Source: an uncultured virus (IMG/VR IMGVR_UViG_3300027578_000004) | Lineage: Duplodnaviria > Heunggongvirae > Uroviricota > Caudoviricetes | Reading direction: 5' to 3' (one strand) | IMG/VR virus record: IMGVR_UViG_3300027578_000004 | DNA: 64,000 nucleotides | Shown here: positions 30,106-38,894 of the stretch, one piece after another | Layout of the letters: the number at the start of each line of letters is the position of its first letter | Position numbering within the stretch: the stretch's first letter is position 1 | The notes under the pieces: model-generated | What the model was told of the DNA's origin: nothing | The model's input: only the letters and a program-made list of their open reading frames with translations | Database searches by the model: none | Translations under genes and position numbers: made by a program

Positions 30106-30113
30106 ACTATGAA

Positions 30114-31499
30114 TTATTCTTCGTCGTCTGTGCTACTATGGGCATTCCACTTATTCTTCAGAATTTTCTTGACTTGGTTTTCACCATCCATCATCTCATT
30201 CTGAAGTGCCATACCTTCTCTTGAAGATTCACTGAATATTTCAATCTGACCACATCCGGCATTCATCTTACTTGGGAATGTCAAACCGTCTGGTCCGAAA
30301 CGATTCTTGATGATATGGAATCGTGCAGTGTTGTTAACTTTATCGGTAACTTTACGACTGAGTGACATAACAAAGTCGGCAGTCATGATCTTACGATAAC
30401 TGTCTGCGATGTTGTTAGCCTGAATGATATCTTCATCCATTGCGGCACGATTACTTTGTGAAGCACTCCAAATAGGAACTTGTAGTTCACCCGCAATACT
30501 TCTCAATTCTTCGTAAATACCACCAGCTTCTTGATAACTGTTACTATTACGATCACTGTGAATTGGTCGAAGAATATCAGCGTAATCGACAATAATCATA
30601 TCAATCTTGGTTCCCAGAGTATGAATACGTTCACAATGTGACTTCAAACTATGAGCTGATACTGTCTTGATCGGGAAATACTTGATCTTCAATTTACCAG
30701 GCACTTCGTTGATCTTCTGTTTGACCACCTCGACATTGTTACGAATATTCTGGAAGTCAATACCAGTGAAACAACTATCATAACGAAGACCAACATAGTT
30801 CTCATTCAACTCCAACGTGAAGTGAAGAACATTCTTTCCTTGCTTCATTGCCTCGGCACCAAGCTTACTCAAGACCCAAGACTTACCAGATCCGGCACAA
30901 GCCGTAATAATACCAAGTTCGCCAGGTCCAAGACCACCGTCCATCAAACCATCAATTACTTCCCAATTGGTTTTGATTGAATTACGAGCCATCACAGTCA
31001 TACGCTTCTCAACGTCTTCTTCATACGAATGACCGAGATTACGTTCCATGCCTGCCTTAAGAGCTTCATCAACCTTGCTCTTGATCTTTTCATACTCACC
31101 AGTTGCCAACAAATCTGCGGCATCCATGATGGCATTCTTCAACTTCTGATTCTTACAGAATTCAAGAAACTGTTCCTTGATGAACTTCAAATCACCATCG
31201 TTCATCTTTTGATACACCAACTTTAGACTGTTAACGATACTCGCCTTGAGTGCCTCGTTGGTAATTGTTTCAAGTCTGACCTTGAAGACGTTGAGTGAAG
31301 GAAGATCACGATATTCATGAAAGTAACTGATACTTTCCTTGACGATCCATCTATGTGCCTCATTCTCAAAGAAGTCTGCTTCTACGATGTCTGCCAATCG
31401 TTCAATGAATGGACGATCAGATACCAGTCCTGCGATGCATTTAACTTGGAATTCATTTCCAAACTTTTTTAGGTTGTCGATAATTACTTTGTCGCTCAT
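30114..31499 (-). CDS. gp41: Replicative helicase (DnaB/T4 gp41-like)
   Basis: ACAGSGKS, FTLEL, IIVDYAD, SASQSNR, ADSY, TADF, IKNRFG. Confidence 0.93.
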   Translation of the reverse strand: MSDKVIIDNLKKFGNEFQVKCIAGLVSDRPFIERLADIVEADFFENEAHRWIVKESISYFHEYRDLPSLNVFKVRLETITNEALKASIVNSLKLVYQKMNDGDLKFIKEQFLEFCKNQKLKNAIMDAADLLATGEYEKIKSKVDEALKAGMERNLGHSYEEDVEKRMTVMARNSIKTNWEVIDGLMDGGLGPGELGIITACAGSGKSWVLSKLGAEAMKQGKNVLHFTLELNENYVGLRYDSCFTGIDFQNIRNNVEVVKQKINEVPGKLKIKYFPIKTVSAHSLKSHCERIHTLGTKIDMIIVDYADILRPIHSDRNSNSYQEAGGIYEELRSIAGELQVPIWSASQSNRAAMDEDIIQANNIADSYRKIMTADFVMSLSRKVTDKVNNTARFHIIKNRFGPDGLTFPSKMNAGCGQIEIFSESSREGMALQNEMMDGENQVKKILKNKWNAHSSTDDEE

Positions 31500-31523
31500 G
31501 TGTTACTTTCTATTTGATAATAC

Positions 31524-31553
31524 GATGCTACACTACATGCGTAGCATCTTCAA
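31524..31553 (-). promoter_or_regulatory. Promoter overlapped by an 8-bp inverted repeat, upstream of the helicase
   Basis: TTGAAG-N17-TAGCAT; inverted repeat GATGCTAC (31524-31) / GTAGCATC (31541-48). Confidence 0.45.
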
Positions 31554-31566
31554 CTTTTTATACTGG

Positions 31567-32634
31567 TTAGATTACGAAACTGTTGACCTTACCCCAAGTC
31601 TCATTCAACCATACCATGTAGTTTGGTAGGTTATTCCACATTTTATCTTCGTTGATCAACTTGCTGAAGACCAGTTTGTTTATATGGGGAACTGGCTTTT
31701 GAATGATCTCTTCAATTCTGAGTTGAGTGAATGACTGAATTTGTGTGTCTTTCAACTGCATCAACTCATGATTTCTATCAAGTGTCAGTTTGTCACTCAA
31801 CACTTTTTCATAGAGCTTATACTTGCCTTTGTTGTTTTCAGCGTAATTGTAAATTTCTTGCAGAGAAGTTTGACGTTCGTCTGCCAAAAACGGAAAACAC
31901 TTCAATATGGTTTTTAGACCAGCACCATTGATGCCTGGAATATTATCACTATCATCACCTTCCATAGCTCTATAGAAAATGAAGTTGTTACATGTGATAC
32001 CATATTCATCTACGATTTCTTTACAACCAAAAATCTTCTTCTTGGTAGGACTCCAAATTTTGATTCTGTCACTGGCCAACTGTAAAAAGTCTTTGTCCGA
32101 TGACATGATGGTAACGTTGCTGTCCTTGAATGTTTGTTCAGCCAAATAAGCAATAGTATCATCAGCTTCAATATTATCAATTGCCATCACAGTAATTGGT
32201 AATACGTCAAGATAGTTGATTAGTCGCAACAACTCCATCTTGAGATTCTTTTGCTCAATATCACTATTAGACATATCGTCATAGGTTCTATTGAACTTGA
32301 TACGAGTCTTACGTCCCTTTTTGTATTCTGGGTAAATCTTACGACGTTTTTGACTACCACCATTACCGTCAAAAACAACAATAACACGGGTGGGATTCAA
32401 TAGTTTGATTGCATAACCGACACTCTTCAAGAAACCAGCAATCCCACCCGTGTGCATTCCATCGTCATTCATAGATGGAACCGCCATGAACGATCTAATA
32501 AAGGTATTTAGACCGTCCACGATAAGGATGTCGGAGTTGGTAGTTTTTTGAAGGCCACCAGCCCCGACATCCTCTTTGATGTTCTCAAACAACGAGAACA
32601 ACTTTTTCTTTTCGTTGGAAGTAAATCCACTCAT
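31567..32634 (-). CDS. 5'-3' exonuclease/flap endonuclease (PolI N-terminal/T4 RNase H-like)
   Basis: IVDGLN, VFDG, YKKGR, EADD, SSDKDFLQL, GDDSDNIPGINGAGLKT. Confidence 0.93.
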   Translation of the reverse strand: MSGFTSNEKKKLFSLFENIKEDVGAGGLQKTTNSDILIVDGLNTFIRSFMAVPSMNDDGMHTGGIAGFLKSVGYAIKLLNPTRVIVVFDGNGGSQKRRKIYPEYKKGRKTRIKFNRTYDDMSNSDIEQKNLKMELLRLINYLDVLPITVMAIDNIEADDTIAYLAEQTFKDSNVTIMSSDKDFLQLASDRIKIWSPTKKKIFGCKEIVDEYGITCNNFIFYRAMEGDDSDNIPGINGAGLKTILKCFPFLADERQTSLQEIYNYAENNKGKYKLYEKVLSDKLTLDRNHELMQLKDTQIQSFTQLRIEEIIQKPVPHINKLVFSKLINEDKMWNNLPNYMVWLNETWGKVNSFVI

Positions 32635-32636
32635 GA

Positions 32637-33779
32637 TTATTCTTCAGCGCCAGCGTCTTCTTCGTCAGACGACACTTCTGCGTCTTCAACAATCTTGCTG
32701 TTAGGGTCTTTATACTTCATCACAGTTGCGTCACAAATCTTCAAGTAAATTTCTTCCTTTAGCTTTGTGTCAGTTTGCAACGTAGAAATGAAATCCTTAG
32801 ACTGGAACTTCCATTCGGTGCCATCATCCTTTTGATATGTATAATATGCACCACCTTGTTTGATCAGATTATTGTCCTTGAGAACTTTAATCCAACTGCT
32901 GTAGTCGGCAATTCCGCTATCGTAGTAGATATCGAAATTAGCGAGTCGATTGGGCGGACCCATTCTGTTCTTAACAACAACTGCCTTACACTCATTACCG
33001 ATGATTTCCTCACCCTTCTTGAGCTTACCAGTGTTGTTAAGACGAACACGAACACTACAATGATAAGCCAGAGCCTTACCACCACTCACTACATACTTGT
33101 CACCAAATGCCATAGCATTTAGATTCTGACGTAGCTGATTAGTAAACACGGTAAGAACCTTTTGCTTACCAATCATGTTGGTGATCTTTCTCATAGCCTT
33201 ACTGATAATGATACTCTTACCAGTTGCATAACCATCCTTGCCATGATCACTCTCTAGTTCTGCCTTTGTTGAAGCAGCAGCCACAGAGTCAACAATGATT
33301 GTGAGAATACGATCCTTGTTAGACTTTCTCACAATTGCAATCATCTTCTCCATCTGTTCAAAAATGTCCTCAACGGTTTCACATTGAACATACAGAAGTT
33401 TAGATAGATTTACACCAAGACTCTTCCAGAACTCAGGGGCAGCAGCGTTTTCAGTATCAATAACCACTGCAATTCCACCCTTCTTTTGGGTATCGGCCAC
33501 GACATGCGCACTAACAAGACTCTTACCAGTGCCTTCAAGACCGTTGAATTCTACCATTTTACCAACAGGCAATCCACCGTGAGGACGATTGCTGATTGCT
33601 AAATCCAAAATAGATGATCCCGTGCTGATCCAGTCAGTGATATCAGCCGGATTATCTTGTTCATCCAACCTATACGCAATCTTTCCACCATCCTTATTAG
33701 CCTTGTTAAGCTCATTTTGGAGTAGATCAATTAGATCGTCTCTGTTGGATTCTTGTCCGCTATTTGATTTTTTTGCCAT
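32637..33779 (-). CDS. recA: RecA/UvsX recombinase
   Basis: ISTGSSILDLA, GGLPVG, GLEGTGKS, IDTE, IVDSVAA, FTNQLR, GGKAL, VVKNR. Confidence 0.95.
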   Translation of the reverse strand: MAKKSNSGQESNRDDLIDLLQNELNKANKDGGKIAYRLDEQDNPADITDWISTGSSILDLAISNRPHGGLPVGKMVEFNGLEGTGKSLVSAHVVADTQKKGGIAVVIDTENAAAPEFWKSLGVNLSKLLYVQCETVEDIFEQMEKMIAIVRKSNKDRILTIIVDSVAAASTKAELESDHGKDGYATGKSIIISKAMRKITNMIGKQKVLTVFTNQLRQNLNAMAFGDKYVVSGGKALAYHCSVRVRLNNTGKLKKGEEIIGNECKAVVVKNRMGPPNRLANFDIYYDSGIADYSSWIKVLKDNNLIKQGGAYYTYQKDDGTEWKFQSKDFISTLQTDTKLKEEIYLKICDATVMKYKDPNSKIVEDAEVSSDEEDAGAEE

Positions 33780-33794
33780 AACGTGTATAACTAG

Positions 33795-33829
33795 AAAGCC
33801 GGTGGGGTATAAAAAACTCCACCGGCTTT
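33795..33829 (-). terminator. Hairpin/terminator between ssb and recA
   Basis: 11-bp stem AAAGCCGGTGG/CCACCGGCTTT with a 13-nt loop. Confidence 0.6.
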
Positions 33830-33840
33830 ATTTATTGTTT

Positions 33841-34731
33841 TTAGGAGTTGAACAAGTCATCAAAAGCCTTCTCTACATCAGTAGATCCGCCCTTTGACTT
33901 ACTTGCGGTTGGGGAAACAAAAGCAGCCTTCTTAGTCTCTGCCTTTGGTTGAACAGCAGTCTTTACTCCAGACGGAGCAACTGCCTTTACTGTAGCGGGA
34001 GTTTCAGCGACTTCCTCTTCAGCCTCAGTTCCAGCGGGAACTTCAACTTCAGCGGTTTCGGTTTCTGGATTCAACCACTTATCCATAACGTCCTTGAGTT
34101 CATCATAAGACAACTCTGGGAACAGATCAAGGATGTTAGTCTGATTCTTGAGGGAATCAACCAACTGAGCGTTCTTAGGATCAACAGCAGGTGTGACATT
34201 TGGCTTCACACGAACTGTGGTCTCAGGAAAGCTCTTACCAGTTTCCTCTGCGGTCTTGAACTCAATGGTAATATCACGACCATTTGCGAGATCAGTAATA
34301 TCACCATACTCTGGATCAAGACATACCGACACAAGCTCTTGATACACGGTCTTACCGAATCCCCAGAACTTCACACCTTCACTCTCTTGACCACGAACGA
34401 TCACAGGAGCGAATGTGCGCATCTTGGGTTCCATCTTACGACCCATCTGCCAATCTTCCTTGGAACCAGTCTTCTTCAAACGATTGGCAAACTCCACAAT
34501 AGGATCTGGACGACCAAAGCTGTCAGGAGACAAATAGGTCTTACCATTGATATTATAGTGGAACTTGAGTTCAATAAACGGATTCTCGGGATTGAACTTG
34601 TAGGGAACAATACGAACAACTTGTTTACCGGGATTAGGCTTCCAGAGAACATCATTCTTCTTACTGTTTCCAGAACCTTGGCTTGAAAGGGAGTTCAAGC
34701 GACTCTTCAACTGCGATATATTTAGTGCCAT
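33841..34731 (-). CDS. gp32: Single-stranded DNA-binding protein (T4 gp32-like)
   Basis: WKP, VRIVPY, DPIVE, VKFWGFGKTVY, YGDITD...GRD, acidic/aromatic tail FDDLFNS; next to recA. Confidence 0.85.
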   Translation of the reverse strand: MALNISQLKSRLNSLSSQGSGNSKKNDVLWKPNPGKQVVRIVPYKFNPENPFIELKFHYNINGKTYLSPDSFGRPDPIVEFANRLKKTGSKEDWQMGRKMEPKMRTFAPVIVRGQESEGVKFWGFGKTVYQELVSVCLDPEYGDITDLANGRDITIEFKTAEETGKSFPETTVRVKPNVTPAVDPKNAQLVDSLKNQTNILDLFPELSYDELKDVMDKWLNPETETAEVEVPAGTEAEEEVAETPATVKAVAPSGVKTAVQPKAETKKAAFVSPTASKSKGGSTDVEKAFDDLFNS

Positions 34732-34772
34732 AATTAGTTTAATTAGTTAATTAGTTTATAGGTTAATTAGTT
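34732..34772 (-). repeat. AACTAATT x4 in the SSB leader
   Basis: Plus-strand AATTAGTT at 34732, 34741, 34749 and 34765, abutting the ATG. Confidence 0.85.
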
Positions 34773-34824
34773 AAGTATTCTTAATTCACTTAAATTAAGA
34801 TTCGTAACGAATCACCATGACAAG

Positions 34825-34853
34825 ACTCTACAGTGTATGCAGAGAATCGTCAA
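34825..34853 (-). promoter_or_regulatory. Sigma70-like promoter for ssb
   Basis: TTGACG-N17-TAGAGT; a TATTTATA motif lies just upstream (34856-63). Confidence 0.5.
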
Positions 34854-34867
34854 GGTATAAATAAGTA

Positions 34868-35263
34868 TCACCAAGAAAGCACAGAAAACAACTTTAATCC
34901 GACTATTTTTACGCCTGGATCTGCTACCAAAATGATGCTATTTTTGTATAAATCCCAGTTCAATTGAAAGGTTTTATCGAACACACCGTTGTTCTCGTCT
35001 TCAATCAATCTGTTCATCGCATTCAACGTATATAGCGTGTTGGTTTGCTTCTTTCTGTGAACGCTTATCGTATTCGGGTATTTAATTTTAGAATCAATGT
35101 TTTTAACAATATTGAATGTGAGATAAATTTCTCTCAGATTCTTCTCGTTAGCAAACACGAATATTTTGTTATCTGCCATCTCGTAGGTCTTTTTGATCTC
35201 GTCTACGACTGACAAATATTTGTTGCTGTCTGAGAATGTGCAAAGCAGTTGTTTTTGAATCAT
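34868..35263 (-). CDS. Hypothetical protein
   Basis: 131 aa, ATGA-coupled; QLLCTF...HRKKQTNTLYTLNA. Confidence 0.75.
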   Translation of the reverse strand: MIQKQLLCTFSDSNKYLSVVDEIKKTYEMADNKIFVFANEKNLREIYLTFNIVKNIDSKIKYPNTISVHRKKQTNTLYTLNAMNRLIEDENNGVFDKTFQLNWDLYKNSIILVADPGVKIVGLKLFSVLSW

Positions 35264-37137
35264 GTTAATGTAGGTTCAGCAACAGGAGGTAACTGCGTCG
35301 ATGTGTTTGGCATTTCCCATCTCCAAGCACCATCGGCATGTCCTTCAAATCCTAAAAATTCTGTGAAGCTTTCCCATCCCTCAGAAATCAACGCATTTAG
35401 ATATCTCGAAAAGCGCAATAACACTTCAAATATACTTTGTAAACCAGATTTGATGTTCTCCCAAGCCTTTGTGAAAAAGTCTTTTAATTCGCCACTAAGC
35501 GATTTGATTGTGGTCCAAACATCACTAAAATAGTCACTGATCGACTTGCCTATACTTTGCACTGTGTCCATAAGGCCTTCGTCCAATTTGATTTCTTCTA
35601 GTTTGATATCACCACGAATCGCAATACCACGGGTGCCACCACGGTTTGAAAATCTGAACGATATGTTCTTATCGTTTTCAGTAATGAACTTGTCTACTGT
35701 GTAATAATGGCAATCACCACTACAATCCCAAGTCATCATATAGTCGGCAATACACTCGGCACTAAAGTCTGCCTTTCCTTGTTGGAATCTACGTTTTCCA
35801 GTAGCAAGTTCCTCAATTAGCAAACGACGACGAGCTGGTTGAACAAATACGCTATTGAGTGTCAACATCACAGTTTCAGTATTAACAGGTATCACACCCT
35901 TCTTTACAAACTGTTTGTTTTGAATAATGATCTTCTCAATATCACCAACTTCTGCTTTGATTTGATCTACAGATTTATTACCTTTAACAGCATTCGTCAA
36001 CGACTTTTGTAGTTTCTCTTTTACTTCATCGTTTAGTCCGATATAAAACTTCTTTTGTAGACCATCCATAATGAATGACGAAACTTGTTCCATCACCTTT
36101 ACGTCTTCACCAGAGTCTTTCAAAATAGCAGATACTACAGAATTGACTTCGGCATTTTGAGCACTACAAATTTGTGCTCCCTTTGCCTTCAAACTGGCTC
36201 TCATACGTGTCTTACCTTCAAAGATCAAATCGGTCTTTGAGGTTCTGTCAATATTTGCAAAAATAGGATTGGTAATATTACATCTCAAATTACCCAATGC
36301 AGTTGATGCTTTGATACCTTGTTTCTTCAACTTTGCTACAATCTTCTTAGCAACATCGTCGTCTGTTTCAATTCCAGCAAACTCGTCATTGATGTGATAC
36401 TCCATTTTTTGAGCATTACATTTGACTTGCTTTTCTACTACAACAACTGGACCAACATTTTCTTTATAAACTTGTTCACCAATCATGTTGCCAGCCTTGT
36501 CATACCAACGAAGACCATTTTTTACATATCCCAATTCAGTTGCTTCGTTGACAGTATATTCTTCTTTCTCACAATCATTGCACCCACAATCTTCACATTC
36601 ATCTACTTGTTGGTTGATCAATGGAACTCCGCCAGTCAAAATTGAATCAACAGCAGCCGCATCTTGAACTTTTTCTTTTGTGCTTCTGTCGTCTTTTTTA
36701 TCATCTCCAGTAACTTTCTTGTTCAACTCCTTGTCAAGAGAAACTGTGTCAGACTTATCTTGTTTGTCTTCTTCACCAGAATCGGTTTTCGCAATATCAG
36801 CGGTTGATAGTCCTCCTGTGTCAGAGGGTGAAAACAAAGTTCCTGCATTTTTCTTCGGGTTTTCTGCAAAGTGAGTTCCTTTATCTACGGCACGGTCACG
36901 ATATTCTTTGCTTGGAAATGTAACCAATATACCATCTTTATTGTAAGCCTGACGTTCTGGGAAACGACCTGCTTCAAACAACTTTGCTGTTCTCTCGACC
37001 ACCGCATCAATTGAAAATCCAGCCTTCTCCAAGTATTCTTGTAACACAAAAACGTGTTCAGGCATTTCTAGCCTCAACACGCCATCTTTTATACGACTGT
37101 CACAACACACATCGTTTATAATTGAGTTGAATTTCAT
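35260..37137 (-). CDS. Large late protein with a putative restriction-endonuclease-like domain
   Basis: TSKTDLIF-x7-ASLK resembles a PD-(D/E)XK variant; late-type motif at 37142-37149; ATG at 37137. Confidence 0.5.
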   Translation of the reverse strand: MKFNSIINDVCCDSRIKDGVLRLEMPEHVFVLQEYLEKAGFSIDAVVERTAKLFEAGRFPERQAYNKDGILVTFPSKEYRDRAVDKGTHFAENPKKNAGTLFSPSDTGGLSTADIAKTDSGEEDKQDKSDTVSLDKELNKKVTGDDKKDDRSTKEKVQDAAAVDSILTGGVPLINQQVDECEDCGCNDCEKEEYTVNEATELGYVKNGLRWYDKAGNMIGEQVYKENVGPVVVVEKQVKCNAQKMEYHINDEFAGIETDDDVAKKIVAKLKKQGIKASTALGNLRCNITNPIFANIDRTSKTDLIFEGKTRMRASLKAKGAQICSAQNAEVNSVVSAILKDSGEDVKVMEQVSSFIMDGLQKKFYIGLNDEVKEKLQKSLTNAVKGNKSVDQIKAEVGDIEKIIIQNKQFVKKGVIPVNTETVMLTLNSVFVQPARRRLLIEELATGKRRFQQGKADFSAECIADYMMTWDCSGDCHYYTVDKFITENDKNISFRFSNRGGTRGIAIRGDIKLEEIKLDEGLMDTVQSIGKSISDYFSDVWTTIKSLSGELKDFFTKAWENIKSGLQSIFEVLLRFSRYLNALISEGWESFTEFLGFEGHADGAWRWEMPNTSTQLPPVAEPTLT

Positions 37138-37152
37138 CAATTATAAATATGT

Positions 37153-38475
37153 TTAACTTGAGACTAATTTCAAATCATTGTAATTATTTCCTTCATAAAC
37201 CTTTACCTTGAACCGTTTATTTCTGATAATGTCCACTACATCGTTGATTTCTTCGGGTTTCACACTACTATCCACATCAAACAATATACTGTCATAAATG
37301 TATAATATTGGTATAATCGGTTTACCCGACACATATTTCAACACATTACCAAGACTGTTCAATCCATATTCAGTCTCAGTTGCTTGAATGATATAAGCAA
37401 ACAACTTGTTCTTGTTAGGATCAATAATATGATGTTGATTGATCTTACGTTTGTAGATAGGGGTCTTTACATAGCCCTTGTTGGTAAACTCTTCCCAATA
37501 CCTATTCTTAAGTTCTTCCACCTTTTCAAAGTAAGGTATTTGTATATGTTTGTCTGATATCTGACCATACAAATTCACCATCGTCTGTTTCTTGGATTTA
37601 GACAATGTATTTGCATCTACTACATCAATATTGTAATACTGTTTGGCCAAATGTTCATAAATGGTTTCTTCATCTGGAACCTTGTATTGAATCAATTGTG
37701 CGACTAGATACGGATGAAAACCAGTAAAGTCAACCATCATTAGTTTACCATTGGCAAACCTAGATGTAAAACTTTCACGACATCCGTCTTCTTTGTTAAG
37801 AGCTACATAATTTACACTATCAAACTTGTTGCTTGGTCTGCCAGTTGGATTGTAAATATAATACTCACTGTAGACAGTATCTTGACTACCATCCTCACTA
37901 GTCACAACTCTTGCATTTGGAAAACAAGCTTTGAATTGAGGAGTATTGACATGAATACCATTACGTTCAACTTCAAACAAAGTATCTGTAACAATGTTAT
38001 TGAAAAACTTGAAACAATATGAATCTGTGTTTTCATCTTCATACTGATCAATTAGATCTACTTCTGCATCAAATTCATTTTGGTGAACAACATACGGAAC
38101 CACCAAATTGACATGATTCAACTTGTTGTGAGTCATCTGTAACTGTGTGGTATACAAATGATTTGGCATTTCAACAACCTCACCATCTTTAAGAAAGGAA
38201 AACAAGTTTATGTCATATAATTCCGCATTTGGAATATGATACTTGTATCGTTTCTTGTTGTTGACATAAACCTTCTTATTTGCCAACGTTTTCTTGAACG
38301 TCTTAAGAGTTGAGTTTGCGGTTACGTCGGGATGTTCAAAATTAAAGTATTCCGACTGTTTGGTTTGATAATCGTAAACAAACGCCGCAATCACCTTGTC
38401 TTGCGACGGATGAAGGTTTGTATCTCTGAAGATGAACTTCAAATATATTTTGGATGATTGTGACACAGCATACAA
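37153..38475 (-). CDS. Family A DNA polymerase-like protein (compact, divergent)
   Basis: VERNGI, TGRPSN, motif A VDFTGFHP, motif B KSKKQTMVNLYG, YIIQATET, motif C YIYDSILFD. The true start may be GTG 38466. Confidence 0.8.
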   Translation of the reverse strand: MYAVSQSSKIYLKFIFRDTNLHPSQDKVIAAFVYDYQTKQSEYFNFEHPDVTANSTLKTFKKTLANKKVYVNNKKRYKYHIPNAELYDINLFSFLKDGEVVEMPNHLYTTQLQMTHNKLNHVNLVVPYVVHQNEFDAEVDLIDQYEDENTDSYCFKFFNNIVTDTLFEVERNGIHVNTPQFKACFPNARVVTSEDGSQDTVYSEYYIYNPTGRPSNKFDSVNYVALNKEDGCRESFTSRFANGKLMMVDFTGFHPYLVAQLIQYKVPDEETIYEHLAKQYYNIDVVDANTLSKSKKQTMVNLYGQISDKHIQIPYFEKVEELKNRYWEEFTNKGYVKTPIYKRKINQHHIIDPNKNKLFAYIIQATETEYGLNSLGNVLKYVSGKPIIPILYIYDSILFDVDSSVKPEEINDVVDIIRNKRFKVKVYEGNNYNDLKLVSS

Positions 38476-38501
38476 TATACATCATGCTGTGCTACTGTCA
38501 A
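38474..38501 (-). promoter_or_regulatory. Early-type promoter for the PolA-like gene
   Basis: TTGACA-N16-TATATT. Confidence 0.5.
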
Positions 38502-38507
38502 ATATAT

Positions 38508-38894
38508 TTAATAGCCTTGCCAGAATTGTAGTGGATTAGACAAAACAATCTCGATGCCTGGCAGAGTTTTGTTCAAGTTTGAAATTTGTAACAAGTTGTT
38601 TTCTTGAACTCCAGCTTCTAACAAAATTCGATCTTTGTATAAACTGTTCTTTCTTCCGCTAATTTGCCAGTCCAACTTACCTTTCACAAAAAAAGCCTCG
38701 TCGGTGGCACCATAGTCTCTAGCATTTGTTTCTATGATCATTTGTTGATTCTTTTTACCAACAAAGTATCTGGTTATCCAACCATATTCATAGTCCTTCT
38801 TTTTTGGTGTAGGAATATAGGTGCTAGGAAAGAATAGACTGAATTTCTCCAATCCTAATCTGTATGCTAATGCTGGATCAGTATCTTGAATCAT
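38508..38894 (-). CDS. Hypothetical protein in the baseplate operon
   Basis: 128 aa, ATGA-coupled to the upstream 1088-aa gene. Confidence 0.7.
   Translation of the reverse strand: MIQDTDPALAYRLGLEKFSLFFPSTYIPTPKKKDYEYGWITRYFVGKKNQQMIIETNARDYGATDEAFFVKGKLDWQISGRKNSLYKDRILLEAGVQENNLLQISNLNKTLPGIEIVLSNPLQFWQGY

Noticed and set aside
2869..33779. Inteins or group I introns in pol, nrdA, nrdB, helicase or recA
   Set aside because: ORFs are continuous and of near-normal length, with no C...HN splice termini or homing endonuclease motifs.
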